From Clostridia bacterium (GTDB lineage Bacteria; Bacillota; Clostridia; Oscillospirales; CAG-272): a stretch of 64,000 nucleotides of DNA. Below, piece after piece: positions 9,639 to 19,711 of this stretch. The notes below the pieces were generated by a model that worked only from the letters and a program-made list of their open reading frames with translations, had not been told where the DNA came from and ran no database searches. Location of the stretch: NCBI GenBank assembly GCA_017522795.1, contig JAFWXZ010000011.1, positions 7,131-71,130 on the forward strand, given 5' to 3'. A program made the translations under genes and the position numbers. Position 1 is the stretch's first letter, and each line of letters begins with the position of its first letter.

Positions 9639-10573
9639 AATACACCGTAATCGACACGGACGCGGGCAAGCGACTTGACGCGGTGGCTGCCGAGGCGGCG
9701 GGAATAACCAGATCTGCTGCGGCAAGGCTTATCGAGGAGGGTGCTATCCTTATCGGCGGCAAGGCTCAGCCGAAGAAGTATTCGGTAAAGGCGGGAGAGG
9801 AGATCGAGATCACGCTGCCCGAATGTAAGGAATGCGAGGCTGTGCCCGAGGATATTCCCCTCGACATAGTTTACGAGGACGACTATATTATCGTAATCAA
9901 CAAGCCGAAGGGGATGGTGGTCCACCCTGCCCCGGGAAATTACAGCGGAACGCTGGTAAACGCCCTGCTCTATCACTGCCGCGACTCGCTGTCGGGCGTT
10001 GGCGGAGTTATGCGCCCGGGTATCGTACATAGAATTGATAAGGACACCTCGGGACTGCTGGTGGTTGCAAAATGCGACGAGGCGCATGTGGCGCTCTCGG
10101 AGGAGATGAAGCATCACGGTATAGTCAGGGAGTATCGCGCGCTTGTGACAGGCGGATTCAAGGATGACTCGGGAACGGTGAATTATCCCATAGGACGCCA
10201 CCCCGTAGACCGCAAAAAGCAGGCGGTTATCACCTCGGGCGACCACACGGCGAGAGAGGCGATAACACACTATCAGGTGCTTGAGAGATTTGGCGGAATA
10301 AGCTATCTTGCGCTCCGGCTTGAAACAGGCAGAACACACCAGATACGCGTACACATGTCCTACGTGGGACACGCGCTGCTTGGCGACGAGGTCTATGCAA
10401 AGAGCAAGACGCAGTTTGAAAAAAGACATCCCACACTATTCTCGGGACAGGCGCTCCACGCAAAGAAGCTCAGCCTTACTCACCCAAAAACAGGTGAGCG
10501 AATGACCTTTGAATGCGAGCTTCCACCCGAGTTTGAAAAGGCTATCGAGCTGCTCAGAAAAGAGCAAAATTAG
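9635..10573 (+). CDS. rluD: RluA-family 23S rRNA pseudouridine synthase (RluD-like)
   Basis: 312 aa with an N-terminal S4 domain and the catalytic motif HRIDKDTSGLLVVAK. ATGA overlap with lspA. Confidence 0.92.
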   Translation: MKYTVIDTDAGKRLDAVAAEAAGITRSAAARLIEEGAILIGGKAQPKKYSVKAGEEIEITLPECKECEAVPEDIPLDIVYEDDYIIVINKPKGMVVHPAPGNYSGTLVNALLYHCRDSLSGVGGVMRPGIVHRIDKDTSGLLVVAKCDEAHVALSEEMKHHGIVREYRALVTGGFKDDSGTVNYPIGRHPVDRKKQAVITSGDHTAREAITHYQVLERFGGISYLALRLETGRTHQIRVHMSYVGHALLGDEVYAKSKTQFEKRHPTLFSGQALHAKKLSLTHPKTGERMTFECELPPEFEKAIELLRKEQN

Positions 10574-10594
10574 AGAAAAATGTAAATAATTGTA

Positions 10595-10630
10595 TAAAAA
10601 AGACCGCTTTTCGCGGTCTTTTTTGTTTTT
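10595..10630. terminator. Bidirectional intrinsic terminator between convergent rluD and the ABC ATPase gene
   Basis: AAAAAAGACCGC-ttttc-GCGGTCTTTTTT. The stem is flanked by an A-run and a T-run. Confidence 0.85.
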
Positions 10631-10669
10631 AATTCTGCATTCAGAATTCTGCATTCTACATTAAAATCA

Positions 10670-11578
10670 TTAAAGCACTTTAGAAAGGAAGTCCTGAAGC
10701 CTCGGATCCTTGGGGTGATTAAAGATTTCGTCGGGAGTTCCCTGCTCCTTGATAATTCCCTCGTCGATAAAGACGATCTTATCGGCTACCTCGCGGGCAA
10801 AGCCCATCTCGTGAGTGACGATGACCATGGTCATGCCCTCTGCGGCAAGCTGCTTCATAAGATCGAGAACCTCGCCTACCATCTCGGGATCGAGGGCGGA
10901 GGTGGGCTCGTCAAAGAGCATTACGTCGGGGTCCATTGCGAGCGCGCGGACTATGGCAATTCTCTGCTTCTGTCCGCCCGAGAGGGTGGAGGGATAGACG
11001 TTTGCCTTGTCCTCAAGACCTATTCTCTTCAGAAGTGCCATAGCGTTTTTCTCCGCCTCCTCCTTGCTTTTCAGCTTCAGCTCTACGGGAGCTAAGGTGA
11101 GGTTATCGAGAACGGTAAGGTTATTAAAGAGATTGAAGTGCTGGAACACCATTCCCATCTTCTGACGGGCTACGTTTATGTCAATGTGATTGTCCTTATA
11201 GAGCTTTTTAAGAATTGCCTTATACTCCTTGCCCTCTGCGGCGGAGAACTTCTCGTTCAGAAGATCCTCTTTCTTGATCTTAACAATAGCGTCTGCACCA
11301 TCCATACCTCCAGCAACAAGCTTCTTATAGGTATTGGAAGCCTCAATGACCTCGGTGTGAAGATAGGGATCGACGGGGTTAAGCAGCTTATCCTTAAGCC
11401 ATACCTCGCCGAAGGTGGGTACGGACAGAAGGTTCATACAGCGAAGCAGGGTTGATTTTCCTGAACCCGAGGGACCGATAATGGCAACGACCTCGCCCTT
11501 TTCTATATGACAGTCAACGCCCTTGAGTACAGTCACGCCGTCCTCGAAGGTTTTGATTATATTTTTAACGCTTATCAC
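10670..11578 (-). CDS. Polar amino-acid ABC transporter ATP-binding protein (GlnQ-like) with an internal insertion
   Basis: 302 aa. Walker [10 protein letters not shown], signature LSGGQKQR and Walker [12 protein letters not shown] are present. Roughly 55 extra residues sit between Walker A and the Q-loop (see findings). Confidence 0.9.
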   Translation of the reverse strand: MISVKNIIKTFEDGVTVLKGVDCHIEKGEVVAIIGPSGSGKSTLLRCMNLLSVPTFGEVWLKDKLLNPVDPYLHTEVIEASNTYKKLVAGGMDGADAIVKIKKEDLLNEKFSAAEGKEYKAILKKLYKDNHIDINVARQKMGMVFQHFNLFNNLTVLDNLTLAPVELKLKSKEEAEKNAMALLKRIGLEDKANVYPSTLSGGQKQRIAIVRALAMDPDVMLFDEPTSALDPEMVGEVLDLMKQLAAEGMTMVIVTHEMGFAREVADKIVFIDEGIIKEQGTPDEIFNHPKDPRLQDFLSKVL

Positions 11579-12257
11579 TTGCTCTCAGCCTCCTCTCTAT
11601 AATTTTGATAACGAAGGTAAGCAGGTATACTATAGCAAGGTAGAAGCAGGCTGCCACAGTCATAGGAACTACGTAGCTCGCCATATTATTACCTGCGCCG
11701 ATGATTTTTGCCGCCTGGGTAAGATCGTACATACCGATCATACTTACGATCGAGGTCTCCTTTATCAGCGCGATAAGCTCGTTTCCGATCGCGGGGATAA
11801 CGTTCTTTATCGCCTGGGGAATAACGATCTTGATAAGGGTGGTTCTGCCGTTAAGACCAAGGGCGCGTCCCGCCTCGGTCTGTCCGATGTCCACCGAGAG
11901 AATGCCCGCGCGGATGTTCTCCGAAACGTATGCGCCCGAGTTGATACCAAAGGCGATAATTGCGGTGATCTCCTTAGGGAAGCCGCGGATGGCAAAGATT
12001 GTGTACGCCATAATAAAGAGCTGAAGCGCCATAGGAGTTCCGCGGATTATGGTGACGTAGATCTTACAGATGAGCTTAGGCAGCTTCATAATCGGGCTGT
12101 CCTGAGCTATACCCACGATAGCAACCAGCGTACCGATCAAAAGACCGAGCAGCGCGGCAAACACAGAGATAAGCAGCGTGGTGCCAAGTCCCTCAAAAAG
12201 CATTCCCATATACTTCTCATTGGTAACGAGAACGCCTATATCCTTAAAAAAGTCCAT
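11565..12257 (-). CDS. Amino-acid ABC transporter permease (HisM/GlnP family)
   Basis: 230 aa, multi-TM. The EAA-like loop reads [23 protein letters not shown]. Confidence 0.88.
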   Translation of the reverse strand: MDFFKDIGVLVTNEKYMGMLFEGLGTTLLISVFAALLGLLIGTLVAIVGIAQDSPIMKLPKLICKIYVTIIRGTPMALQLFIMAYTIFAIRGFPKEITAIIAFGINSGAYVSENIRAGILSVDIGQTEAGRALGLNGRTTLIKIVIPQAIKNVIPAIGNELIALIKETSIVSMIGMYDLTQAAKIIGAGNNMASYVVPMTVAACFYLAIVYLLTFVIKIIERRLRASDKR

Positions 12258-12289
12258 TTTTCTTTTTCCTTTATTCTTTCATTAACGCG

Positions 12290-12327
12290 CAAAAAGAACT
12301 GCGCCGATGTGGCGCGGTTCTTTTTTA
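12290..12327 (-). terminator. Hairpin/partial terminator between the binding-protein and permease genes
   Basis: AGAACTGCGCC (12295-12305) pairs with GGCGCGGTTCT (12311-12321), including one G-U pair. A/T runs lie on both sides. This is the classic position for attenuating the distal genes of an ABC operon. Confidence 0.6.
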
Positions 12328-12340
12328 GCAGAAGTTTTTA

Positions 12341-13189
12341 TTAGTTCATACCCATATGGGCCATAACCATCTTTTCAATCTCGGTCTGACCGTTCTCGTC
12401 CTTTACAAGAAGCTCGTCAAGAACCTCGTTGATAGCGTCAAGAAGCTCGGTGTTGCCCTTGGTGACTGCGATAGCGTACTGCTCCTCTACGGCAGCATCG
12501 GGCTCGCCATCCTTGCCAGTGTAGTAGAGAGGATAGCAAACGAAGTCCTTGCTGCTGTTCTCTACGATATACTGAGCGGGAAGCTGGTCAACGATAATTA
12601 CGTCGATAGTAGAGCCGAGAGATTCAGAGGCTACGTCAGCGGAGTCAACAGCCTCGTGCTTTGTGTTTTCGGTTCCGTAAAGAACGCCGCCCTCACAGTC
12701 GATCTCTGCATCTGCATAGATCCAACCTGTAGTATCGGTCTGGGTAGCAACAGTCTTGCCCTCAAGTGCCTCCCATACAACGTAGGTGACACCGCCTGCG
12801 GTCTTGGTAGCAACGTCGGAGTCTGCGGGAAGAATTACGTACTGGATAGAGGTGTAATAGGGCTTGGAGAAGTCAACCTTATCAGCTCTCTCGGGAGTGA
12901 TGGTGATGCCTGCCGCGCCGCAGTCTGCGGTTTTGCCCTCTGCAACGGTGTCGATGATAATGCCGAAGTCACCGTGGGTCCATACGATATCCTTACCCAT
13001 CTTATCGCCGACCTTCTCCATAATCTCAACGTCAACACCAACGATCTCGGTGCCGTCGAAGTACTCGAAGGGTGCGAAGTATGCATTCGTCTGAACGTAG
13101 ATCTCGCCGCCCTGATTACAGGATGCGAGAGTAAGAGTAGCTCCGAGGAGCATTGTAAGCGCAAGAATAAGTGTGATGATCTTTTTCAT
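12341..13189 (-). CDS. Amino-acid ABC transporter substrate-binding lipoprotein
   Basis: 282 aa with signal peptide and lipobox LTLASC. It is a type 2 periplasmic-binding-protein family 3 sequence (GFDVDL-like VGVDVEIM, ITITPERADKVDFSKPY). Confidence 0.88.
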   Translation of the reverse strand: MKKIITLILALTMLLGATLTLASCNQGGEIYVQTNAYFAPFEYFDGTEIVGVDVEIMEKVGDKMGKDIVWTHGDFGIIIDTVAEGKTADCGAAGITITPERADKVDFSKPYYTSIQYVILPADSDVATKTAGGVTYVVWEALEGKTVATQTDTTGWIYADAEIDCEGGVLYGTENTKHEAVDSADVASESLGSTIDVIIVDQLPAQYIVENSSKDFVCYPLYYTGKDGEPDAAVEEQYAIAVTKGNTELLDAINEVLDELLVKDENGQTEIEKMVMAHMGMN

Positions 13190-13402
13190 TTTTTCCTTCT
13201 TTCTGTTAGGTCGGACCTTGGATTTTGTGACGTCCGATCAAATTCAACGTGGCTATTATACACCCGAAAAATTCAAATGTCAAGGGGTTTTTGCAAAAAA
13301 ATTCAAGTTTTTTGAATTTTTATTCGATTTTATTTGCTTTTTTCTCAATTTTAAATGAATATGCAGGTTTTATTCTGCATATTTATTCATTTTCTGTGAA
13401 TA

Positions 13403-13431
13403 TTGATTTTTCCGTCAAGTTGTGGTAGAAT
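13403..13431 (+). promoter_or_regulatory. Sigma-A-type promoter for the ABC-F leader
   Basis: TTGATT (13403-13408), a 17-nt spacer, then TAGAAT (13426-13431). An extended -10 TG is present (TGGTAGAAT). Confidence 0.55.
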
Positions 13432-13437
13432 AGTATT

Positions 13438-13679
13438 GTGAAATTTTGCGGCTTTTTTCGGGCGGTGACTTCAACGAGGGGCGCCAAGCGCTACGTTAAA
13501 AACACATATCGGACAATAGATGCTCTCTCTTTTGAAAATCGATATACGCCCCTTCGGGACTGTTCGAAATATTTACGCTTTTGCAACCGCAAATTTGATA
13601 TATGCCTCACGGCATTTGATATATTGCCTCACGGCAACGAGAATTTTCAGAAAGGATCCCGATGGGAATTATTATATAA
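13438..13679 (+). promoter_or_regulatory. Long structured 5' leader of the ABC-F gene, with tandem hairpin repeats and a 5-codon uORF
   Basis: The leader runs about 240 nt between the predicted TSS and ATG 13680. It holds two adjacent 21/22-nt repeats (13593-13613, 13614-13635), each containing GCC-UCAC-GGC. The uORF ATG GGA ATT ATT ATA TAA (13662-13679) has an AAAGGA SD and abuts the main ATG. Confidence 0.5.
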
Positions 13680-15605
13680 ATGATAGCTTTATCCGTATCC
13701 GACATAAATCTTTCCTTCGGGACTGATATTATTTTAAAGGATATCTCCTTTGCCATAAACGACGGCGACAGGCTTGGCGTTATCGGCGTGAACGGCGCGG
13801 GCAAGACCTCGCTGTTCAAGATAATCACGGGCGAGTACGCACCCGACTCGGGCGCGGTATATATTCAGAAGGGACACACCGTAGGTGTTCTGGCGCAGAA
13901 CGCGGATCTGTCCTCTCTCCCTGGGGAGATGACCTGTATTGAGTATATGTATACCGCATACTCTTCTCTGCTGGCGCTTGAAAAGGAAATTACCAAGACC
14001 GAGCAGGCTTTGGCAAGCGCGACAAGCACCGAGGAAACCATGAATCTTACAGCAAGGCTGAATGAGCAGAACGCAAGGTTCGCCACCCTCGGCGGTCTTG
14101 AATTCAGGTCCAGATGCCGCGGAATGCTACTGCGCCTCGGCTTTGACGACGAGCTGATAAACAGACAGATACGTACCCTGTCGGGTGGACAGTATACAAG
14201 GCTTGCCCTGGCAAGGCTGCTTGCAACCGAGCCCGATATACTTATGCTTGACGAGCCGACAAACCATCTTGACATTGACGCGCTCGCCTGGCTTGAGAGC
14301 TTTATCGCGGGATATAAAAAGACCGTGCTGATAGTCTCACACGACCGTTATTTCCTCGACCGAACCACCAACAAGACGCTCTGGCTCAGGTACGGCAAGG
14401 CAAGGCTGTATAACGGCAGCTACTCGAGATGCAAGGAGCAGAGCGAGGCAGAGGCGGCATCCCTTGAGCACAGATACAAGGAGCAGCAAAAGGAGATTGC
14501 GCGTATCAAGGTAAATATCGAGTTCCAGCGCAGATGCAATCAGGAGCATAACTACGTGACCATCCGCGCGAAGGAAAAGCAGCTTGCAAGAATGGAGCTT
14601 GTGGAGCTTGCCCCCAAGGATGAAAAAAACATCCGTCTGCGCTTTGCCAGCGAGGAGGAATCTACGGGCAACGTGCTGGAGGCAAAGGACGTGGACTTTT
14701 CCTACGGAGAAAAGACGCTTATCAAAAATCTCTCATTCCTCATAAGACGGGGCGAGAGAGTTATGTTCCTCGGAGCAAACGGCACGGGAAAATCCACCCT
14801 TATGAAGCTGATCAACTCAATGATGCCACCCACAAGCGGCAGAATTACACTCAGATACAACATAAAGATAGGCTATTACGATCAGGAGAACCGCGGTCTT
14901 ACCGACACGAACACGGTGTTTGGCGAGCTGCGCGAGGCATATCCCGACAAGACAGACCTGGAGCTGCGCTCTACCCTTGCGCTCTTTCTCTTTGACGCCG
15001 ACGATATACAGAGGAGCGTTTCCACCCTTTCGGGAGGAGAGCGAGCGAGGCTGACGCTGGCGAAGCTGATACTGAAAAAGGTAAACCTGCTTGTAATGGA
15101 CGAGCCGACAAACCATCTTGACATCGGCTCCTGCGAGGCGCTGGAGAACGCGCTTCTCGCCTTTGACGGCACAATAATTGCCGTCTCCCACGACAGATAT
15201 TTCATCAACAGAATTGCAACCAGAATAATCGAGCTGGCACCCGAGAGGGACAAGGGAATGATAGACTATCCCCTTGAGAGCTACGACGACGCATATACCG
15301 AGTATATGCGCATACGCGAGAGCAGAAATCTGATGCTTCAGAGTGCCAAGAGGGGCGCAGAGCCCACCGATGCGAAGGCAGAGTATGAGGAGAAAAAGCG
15401 CGAAAAAGCGAGAGCACGCAGTGAGGAAAAGAAGCGCGAGCGCGCAGAGGCGAGGATAGCCCAGCTTGAAGTCGAGCTTGAGGCTCTTGAGGCCGAGCTG
15501 TTCGGCGAGGCGGCAAGCGACTACGTAAGAGCCGCAGAGATCGAGGAGAGAAAAGCCGAGATCGAGGAGGAGCTGCTCTCACTTTACGAGCTGGTAATGC
15601 AATAA
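13680..15605 (+). CDS. ABC-F family ATPase (Uup/YheS-like, ribosome-associated type)
   Basis: 641 aa with two ABC cassettes (GVNGAGKTS, GANGTGKST, and two LSGG signatures). There is an inter-domain linker and a charged coiled-coil C-terminus. No TM domain is present. Confidence 0.9.
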   Translation: MIALSVSDINLSFGTDIILKDISFAINDGDRLGVIGVNGAGKTSLFKIITGEYAPDSGAVYIQKGHTVGVLAQNADLSSLPGEMTCIEYMYTAYSSLLALEKEITKTEQALASATSTEETMNLTARLNEQNARFATLGGLEFRSRCRGMLLRLGFDDELINRQIRTLSGGQYTRLALARLLATEPDILMLDEPTNHLDIDALAWLESFIAGYKKTVLIVSHDRYFLDRTTNKTLWLRYGKARLYNGSYSRCKEQSEAEAASLEHRYKEQQKEIARIKVNIEFQRRCNQEHNYVTIRAKEKQLARMELVELAPKDEKNIRLRFASEEESTGNVLEAKDVDFSYGEKTLIKNLSFLIRRGERVMFLGANGTGKSTLMKLINSMMPPTSGRITLRYNIKIGYYDQENRGLTDTNTVFGELREAYPDKTDLELRSTLALFLFDADDIQRSVSTLSGGERARLTLAKLILKKVNLLVMDEPTNHLDIGSCEALENALLAFDGTIIAVSHDRYFINRIATRIIELAPERDKGMIDYPLESYDDAYTEYMRIRESRNLMLQSAKRGAEPTDAKAEYEEKKREKARARSEEKKRERAEARIAQLEVELEALEAELFGEAASDYVRAAEIEERKAEIEEELLSLYELVMQ

Positions 15606-15617
15606 GAAGGACAAATT

Positions 15618-16556
15618 ATGATAATCTACCAATACCCTACGGAGCAAAAACTGAATATCGGTAGCTGTGTGCTGGCGCTTGGCTTCTTTGACGGAGTACA
15701 TATCGCCCACAGAGATCTGCTCTCGAAGGCGAGAGAGGTGGCACGGGCGCGAGGACTGAAGCTCGGCATCTTTACCTTCGGCTCGTCGGGCAATATAAAG
15801 GCTGACGTGCAGAGGCTTTATGACGATGGAGAAAAGGCAGAGCTGTTTGAGGCACTGGGCGCAGATTTCGTGGTCTACGCCGACTTTAGCAGACTGGCAG
15901 GAAGCTCGCCCGAGGACTTTGTCAAGAGAACTCTGTGTGGGGAGCTTGGCTGTCAGGTATGCGTGGCGGGCTTTAACTTCCGCTTCGGCAAGGGGGCGGC
16001 GGCTGATTCTGCAAGGCTGGCGGCTCTTATGACAGAGGCAGGCGGGGAGGCGATCATTCTCGACGAGATCACAGCAGACGGAATTACCCTGTCGGCAACA
16101 CTTATCCGCGGACTTATCACCTCGGGCAGAATTGAGGAGGCAAACGGCTATCTCGGCGCGCCCTATTATATAAAAGGAAGAGTTTTGCACGGCAGAAGCG
16201 ACGGACGAAAGCTGGGCTTTCCCACCGCGAACATCAAGATCGACGTAAGTAAGATAACCCCCAAGGCAGGTGTATACAGAACGGCGGTTCTGGTTGACGG
16301 CAGGATATACAGCGCGGTGAGCAATATAGGAACCTGCCCCACCTTCGAGGGCACAGAAACCCGACTTGAAGCCCATCTGATCGACTTTGACGGCGACCTA
16401 TACGGCAAGGAAATACGCGTTTATCTGCTCGGTTATCTGAGAGAGGAAAGGCGCTTTGAGTCGCTTGAAGAGCTGAAAATGCAAATAAATATTGACAAAA
16501 TCAAAACAATTAAGGAAAACGGAGAGATAAAATGGCAGCATCTTGGACTAAAATAA
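15618..16556 (+). CDS. ribF: Bifunctional riboflavin kinase / FMN adenylyltransferase
   Basis: 312 aa. GFFDGVHIAH marks the N-terminal FAD synthetase domain. GFPTANI and RLEAHLIDFDGDLYG mark the C-terminal kinase domain. Confidence 0.92.
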   Translation: MIIYQYPTEQKLNIGSCVLALGFFDGVHIAHRDLLSKAREVARARGLKLGIFTFGSSGNIKADVQRLYDDGEKAELFEALGADFVVYADFSRLAGSSPEDFVKRTLCGELGCQVCVAGFNFRFGKGAAADSARLAALMTEAGGEAIILDEITADGITLSATLIRGLITSGRIEEANGYLGAPYYIKGRVLHGRSDGRKLGFPTANIKIDVSKITPKAGVYRTAVLVDGRIYSAVSNIGTCPTFEGTETRLEAHLIDFDGDLYGKEIRVYLLGYLREERRFESLEELKMQINIDKIKTIKENGEIKWQHLGLK

Positions 16557-17446
16557 CCGTGACGGGAAACATAAAGGATCTTGACGGAATAGTTGCCGTT
16601 ATGAGCATGCTTGACAACGGACTTATGATAGAGGACTACAGCGACTTTTCGCTCAACGGTATGTACGGCGAGCTGGTTGACGAGTCCATACTCAACGCTG
16701 ACAGAAGCGTAGTACGCGTATCTCTCTTTGTTCCCGAGGAGAGAAATCCCCTTGAATACAGAGAATTTCTCCAGACCAGGCTCCCTGCCCTTGGCATTGA
16801 GGGCGAGATCAGCCTTGAGGGAATGAACGAGGACGATTGGGCGGAGAGCTGGAAGCAGTACTACAAGCCCGTGCCTCTCGGAAAGGTGACCATCGTGCCC
16901 GCCTGGGAAAAGTATGAGGCGAAGGACGGCGAGGTCATCATCAGAATGGATCCCGGTATGGCATTCGGAACGGGCACCCACGAGACCACAAGACTTGTTA
17001 TTCGTCTTATGCAGGACGAGCCTCTTGCTGACAAGAGAGTTCTTGACGTGGGAACAGGCTCGGGTATTCTGTCCATCTGTGCGTCAAAGCTTGGCGCGAG
17101 AAGCTGCAACGCATACGACATAGATCCTATGGCTGTCAAGGTTGCGAGAGAAAACTGCATAGCCGATGGCTGCGATAATATCATCGTTGGTGTCAGCGAT
17201 CTTTTGCGCGGAGTTGATCTCTCGGGCGGCAAGTACGACTTCTGCGTTGCCAATATCGTAGCTGATATAATAATAAGGATGCTTCCCGACGTAAGATCCT
17301 ACGTTAAGGAGGGCGCTCCCCTTATCCTCTCGGGCATTATCGGCGAGAGAGCCGACGAGGTGAGAGAGGCTGTTATCAAGACGGGCTTTACCGTTGAGAA
17401 GGAGATAAAGGAAAACGACTGGGTAGGAATGCTGGTAAGAGTATAA
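16532..17446 (+). CDS. prmA: Ribosomal protein L11 methyltransferase
   Basis: 304 aa with PrmA-type N-domain, SAM motif VLDVGTGSGILS and a NIVADII tail. It overlaps the ribF end by 25 nt. Confidence 0.9.
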   Translation: MAASWTKITVTGNIKDLDGIVAVMSMLDNGLMIEDYSDFSLNGMYGELVDESILNADRSVVRVSLFVPEERNPLEYREFLQTRLPALGIEGEISLEGMNEDDWAESWKQYYKPVPLGKVTIVPAWEKYEAKDGEVIIRMDPGMAFGTGTHETTRLVIRLMQDEPLADKRVLDVGTGSGILSICASKLGARSCNAYDIDPMAVKVARENCIADGCDNIIVGVSDLLRGVDLSGGKYDFCVANIVADIIIRMLPDVRSYVKEGAPLILSGIIGERADEVREAVIKTGFTVEKEIKENDWVGMLVRV

Positions 17447-18180
17447 TGGCAAGATTTTTCGTTGAAAAAGAAAAGATAGAGGAAAACAGAATAATCATTG
17501 ACGGCGCTGACGCCCACCACATCGCCAGATCTCTGCGAATGGCGGAAGGGGACGAGACGGTGGTGTGCGACGGCGAGGGCAAGGAATACCATTGCAGGCT
17601 TATCCGCATACGCGACGATGAGTGTGTCTGCGAGATCATCGAGGAGACGGAGTCGGCATCCGAATCCCCCGTCAGCATAACTCTCTGTATGGCTTATCCC
17701 AAGGGCGATAAGCTGGAGACGGTTATACAGAAGGCGGTGGAGCTTGGTGCTGACAGAATTATCCCCTTTGAGTCCTCGCGATGCATAAAGCGTCCCAAGG
17801 CGGAAAAGGCGGAAAAACAGACCGCAAGGCTGCAGCGCATAGCCGAGGAGGCAGCAAAGCAGTGCGGACGGGCGAAGATCCCTACCGTCACCCATGCTAT
17901 GTCATACAAGGCAATGCTTTCCGAGGCGACGGACGCGGCTCTCGCGCTTCTCTGCTACGAGAGCGAGGAGGGACTTACTATAAAAAGTGTCCTTTCGGGC
18001 AAGGAGATACCTGAAAGTATTTCGGTTATAGTCGGCTCGGAGGGCGGCTTCTCTGCTGAGGAGGTAGCCGAGGCAAAAGCGGCAGGCTGTATTTCGGTTT
18101 CTCTCGGTGAGAGGATTTTGCGATGTGAGACAGCTCCTGCCTACGCCCTCTCTGCAATTTCCTACGAATACGAGCTTTAA
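17446..18180 (+). CDS. rsmE: 16S rRNA (uracil1498-N3)-methyltransferase
   Basis: 244 aa. The N-terminus MARFFV...HHIARSLRM, the SPOUT C-domain (VIVGSEGGFS..E) and TAATG coupling to prmA all fit rsmE. Confidence 0.9.
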   Translation: MARFFVEKEKIEENRIIIDGADAHHIARSLRMAEGDETVVCDGEGKEYHCRLIRIRDDECVCEIIEETESASESPVSITLCMAYPKGDKLETVIQKAVELGADRIIPFESSRCIKRPKAEKAEKQTARLQRIAEEAAKQCGRAKIPTVTHAMSYKAMLSEATDAALALLCYESEEGLTIKSVLSGKEIPESISVIVGSEGGFSAEEVAEAKAAGCISVSLGERILRCETAPAYALSAISYEYEL

Positions 18181-18194
18181 GTTCATATATTGAT

Positions 18195-18232
18195 GCGTCA
18201 CCGCGATTTTATCTCGGTGGCGTTCGTTTTTT
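18195..18232 (+). terminator. Intrinsic terminator after rsmE
   Basis: CGTCACCG pairs with CGGTGGCG (one G-U pair), followed by TTCGTTTTTT. Confidence 0.7.
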
Positions 18233-18474
18233 GTATATTTTTGGTTTTATCGTTAATATTTACAAAGATTATTTCGTTTTTTTGTTGATTTTTTTAACTT
18301 TTTTTCAAAAACCTATTGCAAATTGTCCAAAAATGAGTTAGAATATAGTACAGTATACACAAATTATGCCCAAGACAGTTTACCGTTTACTTTAAAGTTA
18401 AGCTATCCGAGGTGTTTTTTGTTTTAATTGAGTTATCAACACTTTGACGTTTCATAAGAAAGGATCGACAAAAT

Positions 18475-19560
18475 ATGTCTAATCGCTTGTATCAGACCGT
18501 GCTTCATCAGATGAAGGACGTAATAGGCCGCACTATCGGTATTATCGACGAGAACGGTATCGTTATTGCCTGCAGCGAGCTCCAGAAGATTGGAGAATCC
18601 AAGCAGAGAATCAGAGAGGAGCTTGGATACTCGGGTGATGCAGTTATCTATGAGGGCTATACATACCGCTTTATCAACGCGGGTGATAAGAACGACAGCA
18701 TCTGCTTCGTTGAGGGTAGCGACACCCACGCGGGCAGCATGGCTTCTCTGCTCGCTATCTTCCTCGGTAATATGAAATCTCTCTATGACGAGAAGTACGA
18801 CAAGGGCTCGTTTATCAAGAGTATTCTTCTTGATAACATATTACCCAGCGATATCTACATAAAATCTAACGAGCTTCACTTCTCCAACGAGGAGCATCGC
18901 ATCGTATTCGTTATCAAGTTCCAGAGTGCGTCCTCTACCCCTCCCTACGAGATCGTACAGGAGATCATCGGATCGGGCGACAAGGACTACGTTATCAATA
19001 TCAGTGAGCAGGATGTTGTTCTCGTAAGAGAGATCCCCGCTGACACTGATGCGAAGGATATGGAGGAATATGCGCGTGGACTTGTTAACACAGTGCAGAC
19101 AAAGTACGGACTCCGCGCGACCATCGGTATTTCCTCCGTGGTTGACAACCTCAAGGATCTTGCAAGAGCGTATAAAGAAGCAAGGATCGCATTTGAGGTA
19201 GGCAAGGTATTTGATATTGAGAAGACCGTTATATCCTACGAGAACCTCGGTATCGGCAGACTTATATACCAGCTTCCCACCACCCTGTGCGAGATGTTCC
19301 TCTCCGAGGTGTTCAAGAAGGGCTCGCTTGAGTCGCTTGACCGCGAGACTCTTATGACCGTACAGAGCTTCTTCGAGAACAATCTTAACGTTTCCGAGAC
19401 CTCGAGAAAGCTGTTCGTACACCGTAATACCCTGGTTTACCGTCTTGAGAAGATCAGAAAGCTCTCCGGCCTTGACCTTCGCGAATTTGATCACGCGGTG
19501 ACCTTCAAGGTAGCGCTTATGGTAAAGAAATATCTCTCCAACAAGCCTACCAAATATTAA
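18475..19560 (+). CDS. PucR/CdaR-family transcriptional regulator
   Basis: 361 aa. The C-terminal PucR-type HTH reads NVSETSRKLFVHRNTLVYRLEKIRKLSGLD. The N-terminal putative sensor domain resembles CdaR. Confidence 0.75.
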   Translation: MSNRLYQTVLHQMKDVIGRTIGIIDENGIVIACSELQKIGESKQRIREELGYSGDAVIYEGYTYRFINAGDKNDSICFVEGSDTHAGSMASLLAIFLGNMKSLYDEKYDKGSFIKSILLDNILPSDIYIKSNELHFSNEEHRIVFVIKFQSASSTPPYEIVQEIIGSGDKDYVINISEQDVVLVREIPADTDAKDMEEYARGLVNTVQTKYGLRATIGISSVVDNLKDLARAYKEARIAFEVGKVFDIEKTVISYENLGIGRLIYQLPTTLCEMFLSEVFKKGSLESLDRETLMTVQSFFENNLNVSETSRKLFVHRNTLVYRLEKIRKLSGLDLREFDHAVTFKVALMVKKYLSNKPTKY

Positions 19561-19711
19561 TCTATCCTTTCTTTCAAGAAAAAGAATCAAGCGAATGAAA
19601 AGACAAGAATTTTTTCATCTCGCACGTACAAAATATTAACACAAGAATCGGGGTTGTTGGTAATACGGCAACCCTGAAATGTGTAATTTCAACCCAAGAG
19701 GTAAAGTTTTA

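Noticed and set aside
10631-10662. Tandem AATTCTGCATTC(AG/TA) motif, similar to TTCTGCATTTTGCATTCTGCATTCTGCAT at ~49190-49225
   Set aside because: The second site is coding (a KMQNAECKMQNEE repeat in the cvpA-like protein) and the first sits in a terminator-flanking spacer. The shared core is short, only two sites exist in the window, and no flanking inverted repeats suggest a mobile element. It is probably coincidence.
13438-13726. 81-aa and 68-aa ORFs in the track upstream of or overlapping the ABC-F start
   Set aside because: Neither has an SD. They run through the hairpin repeats and into the ABC-F coding region in other frames. The region is better explained as a 5' leader.
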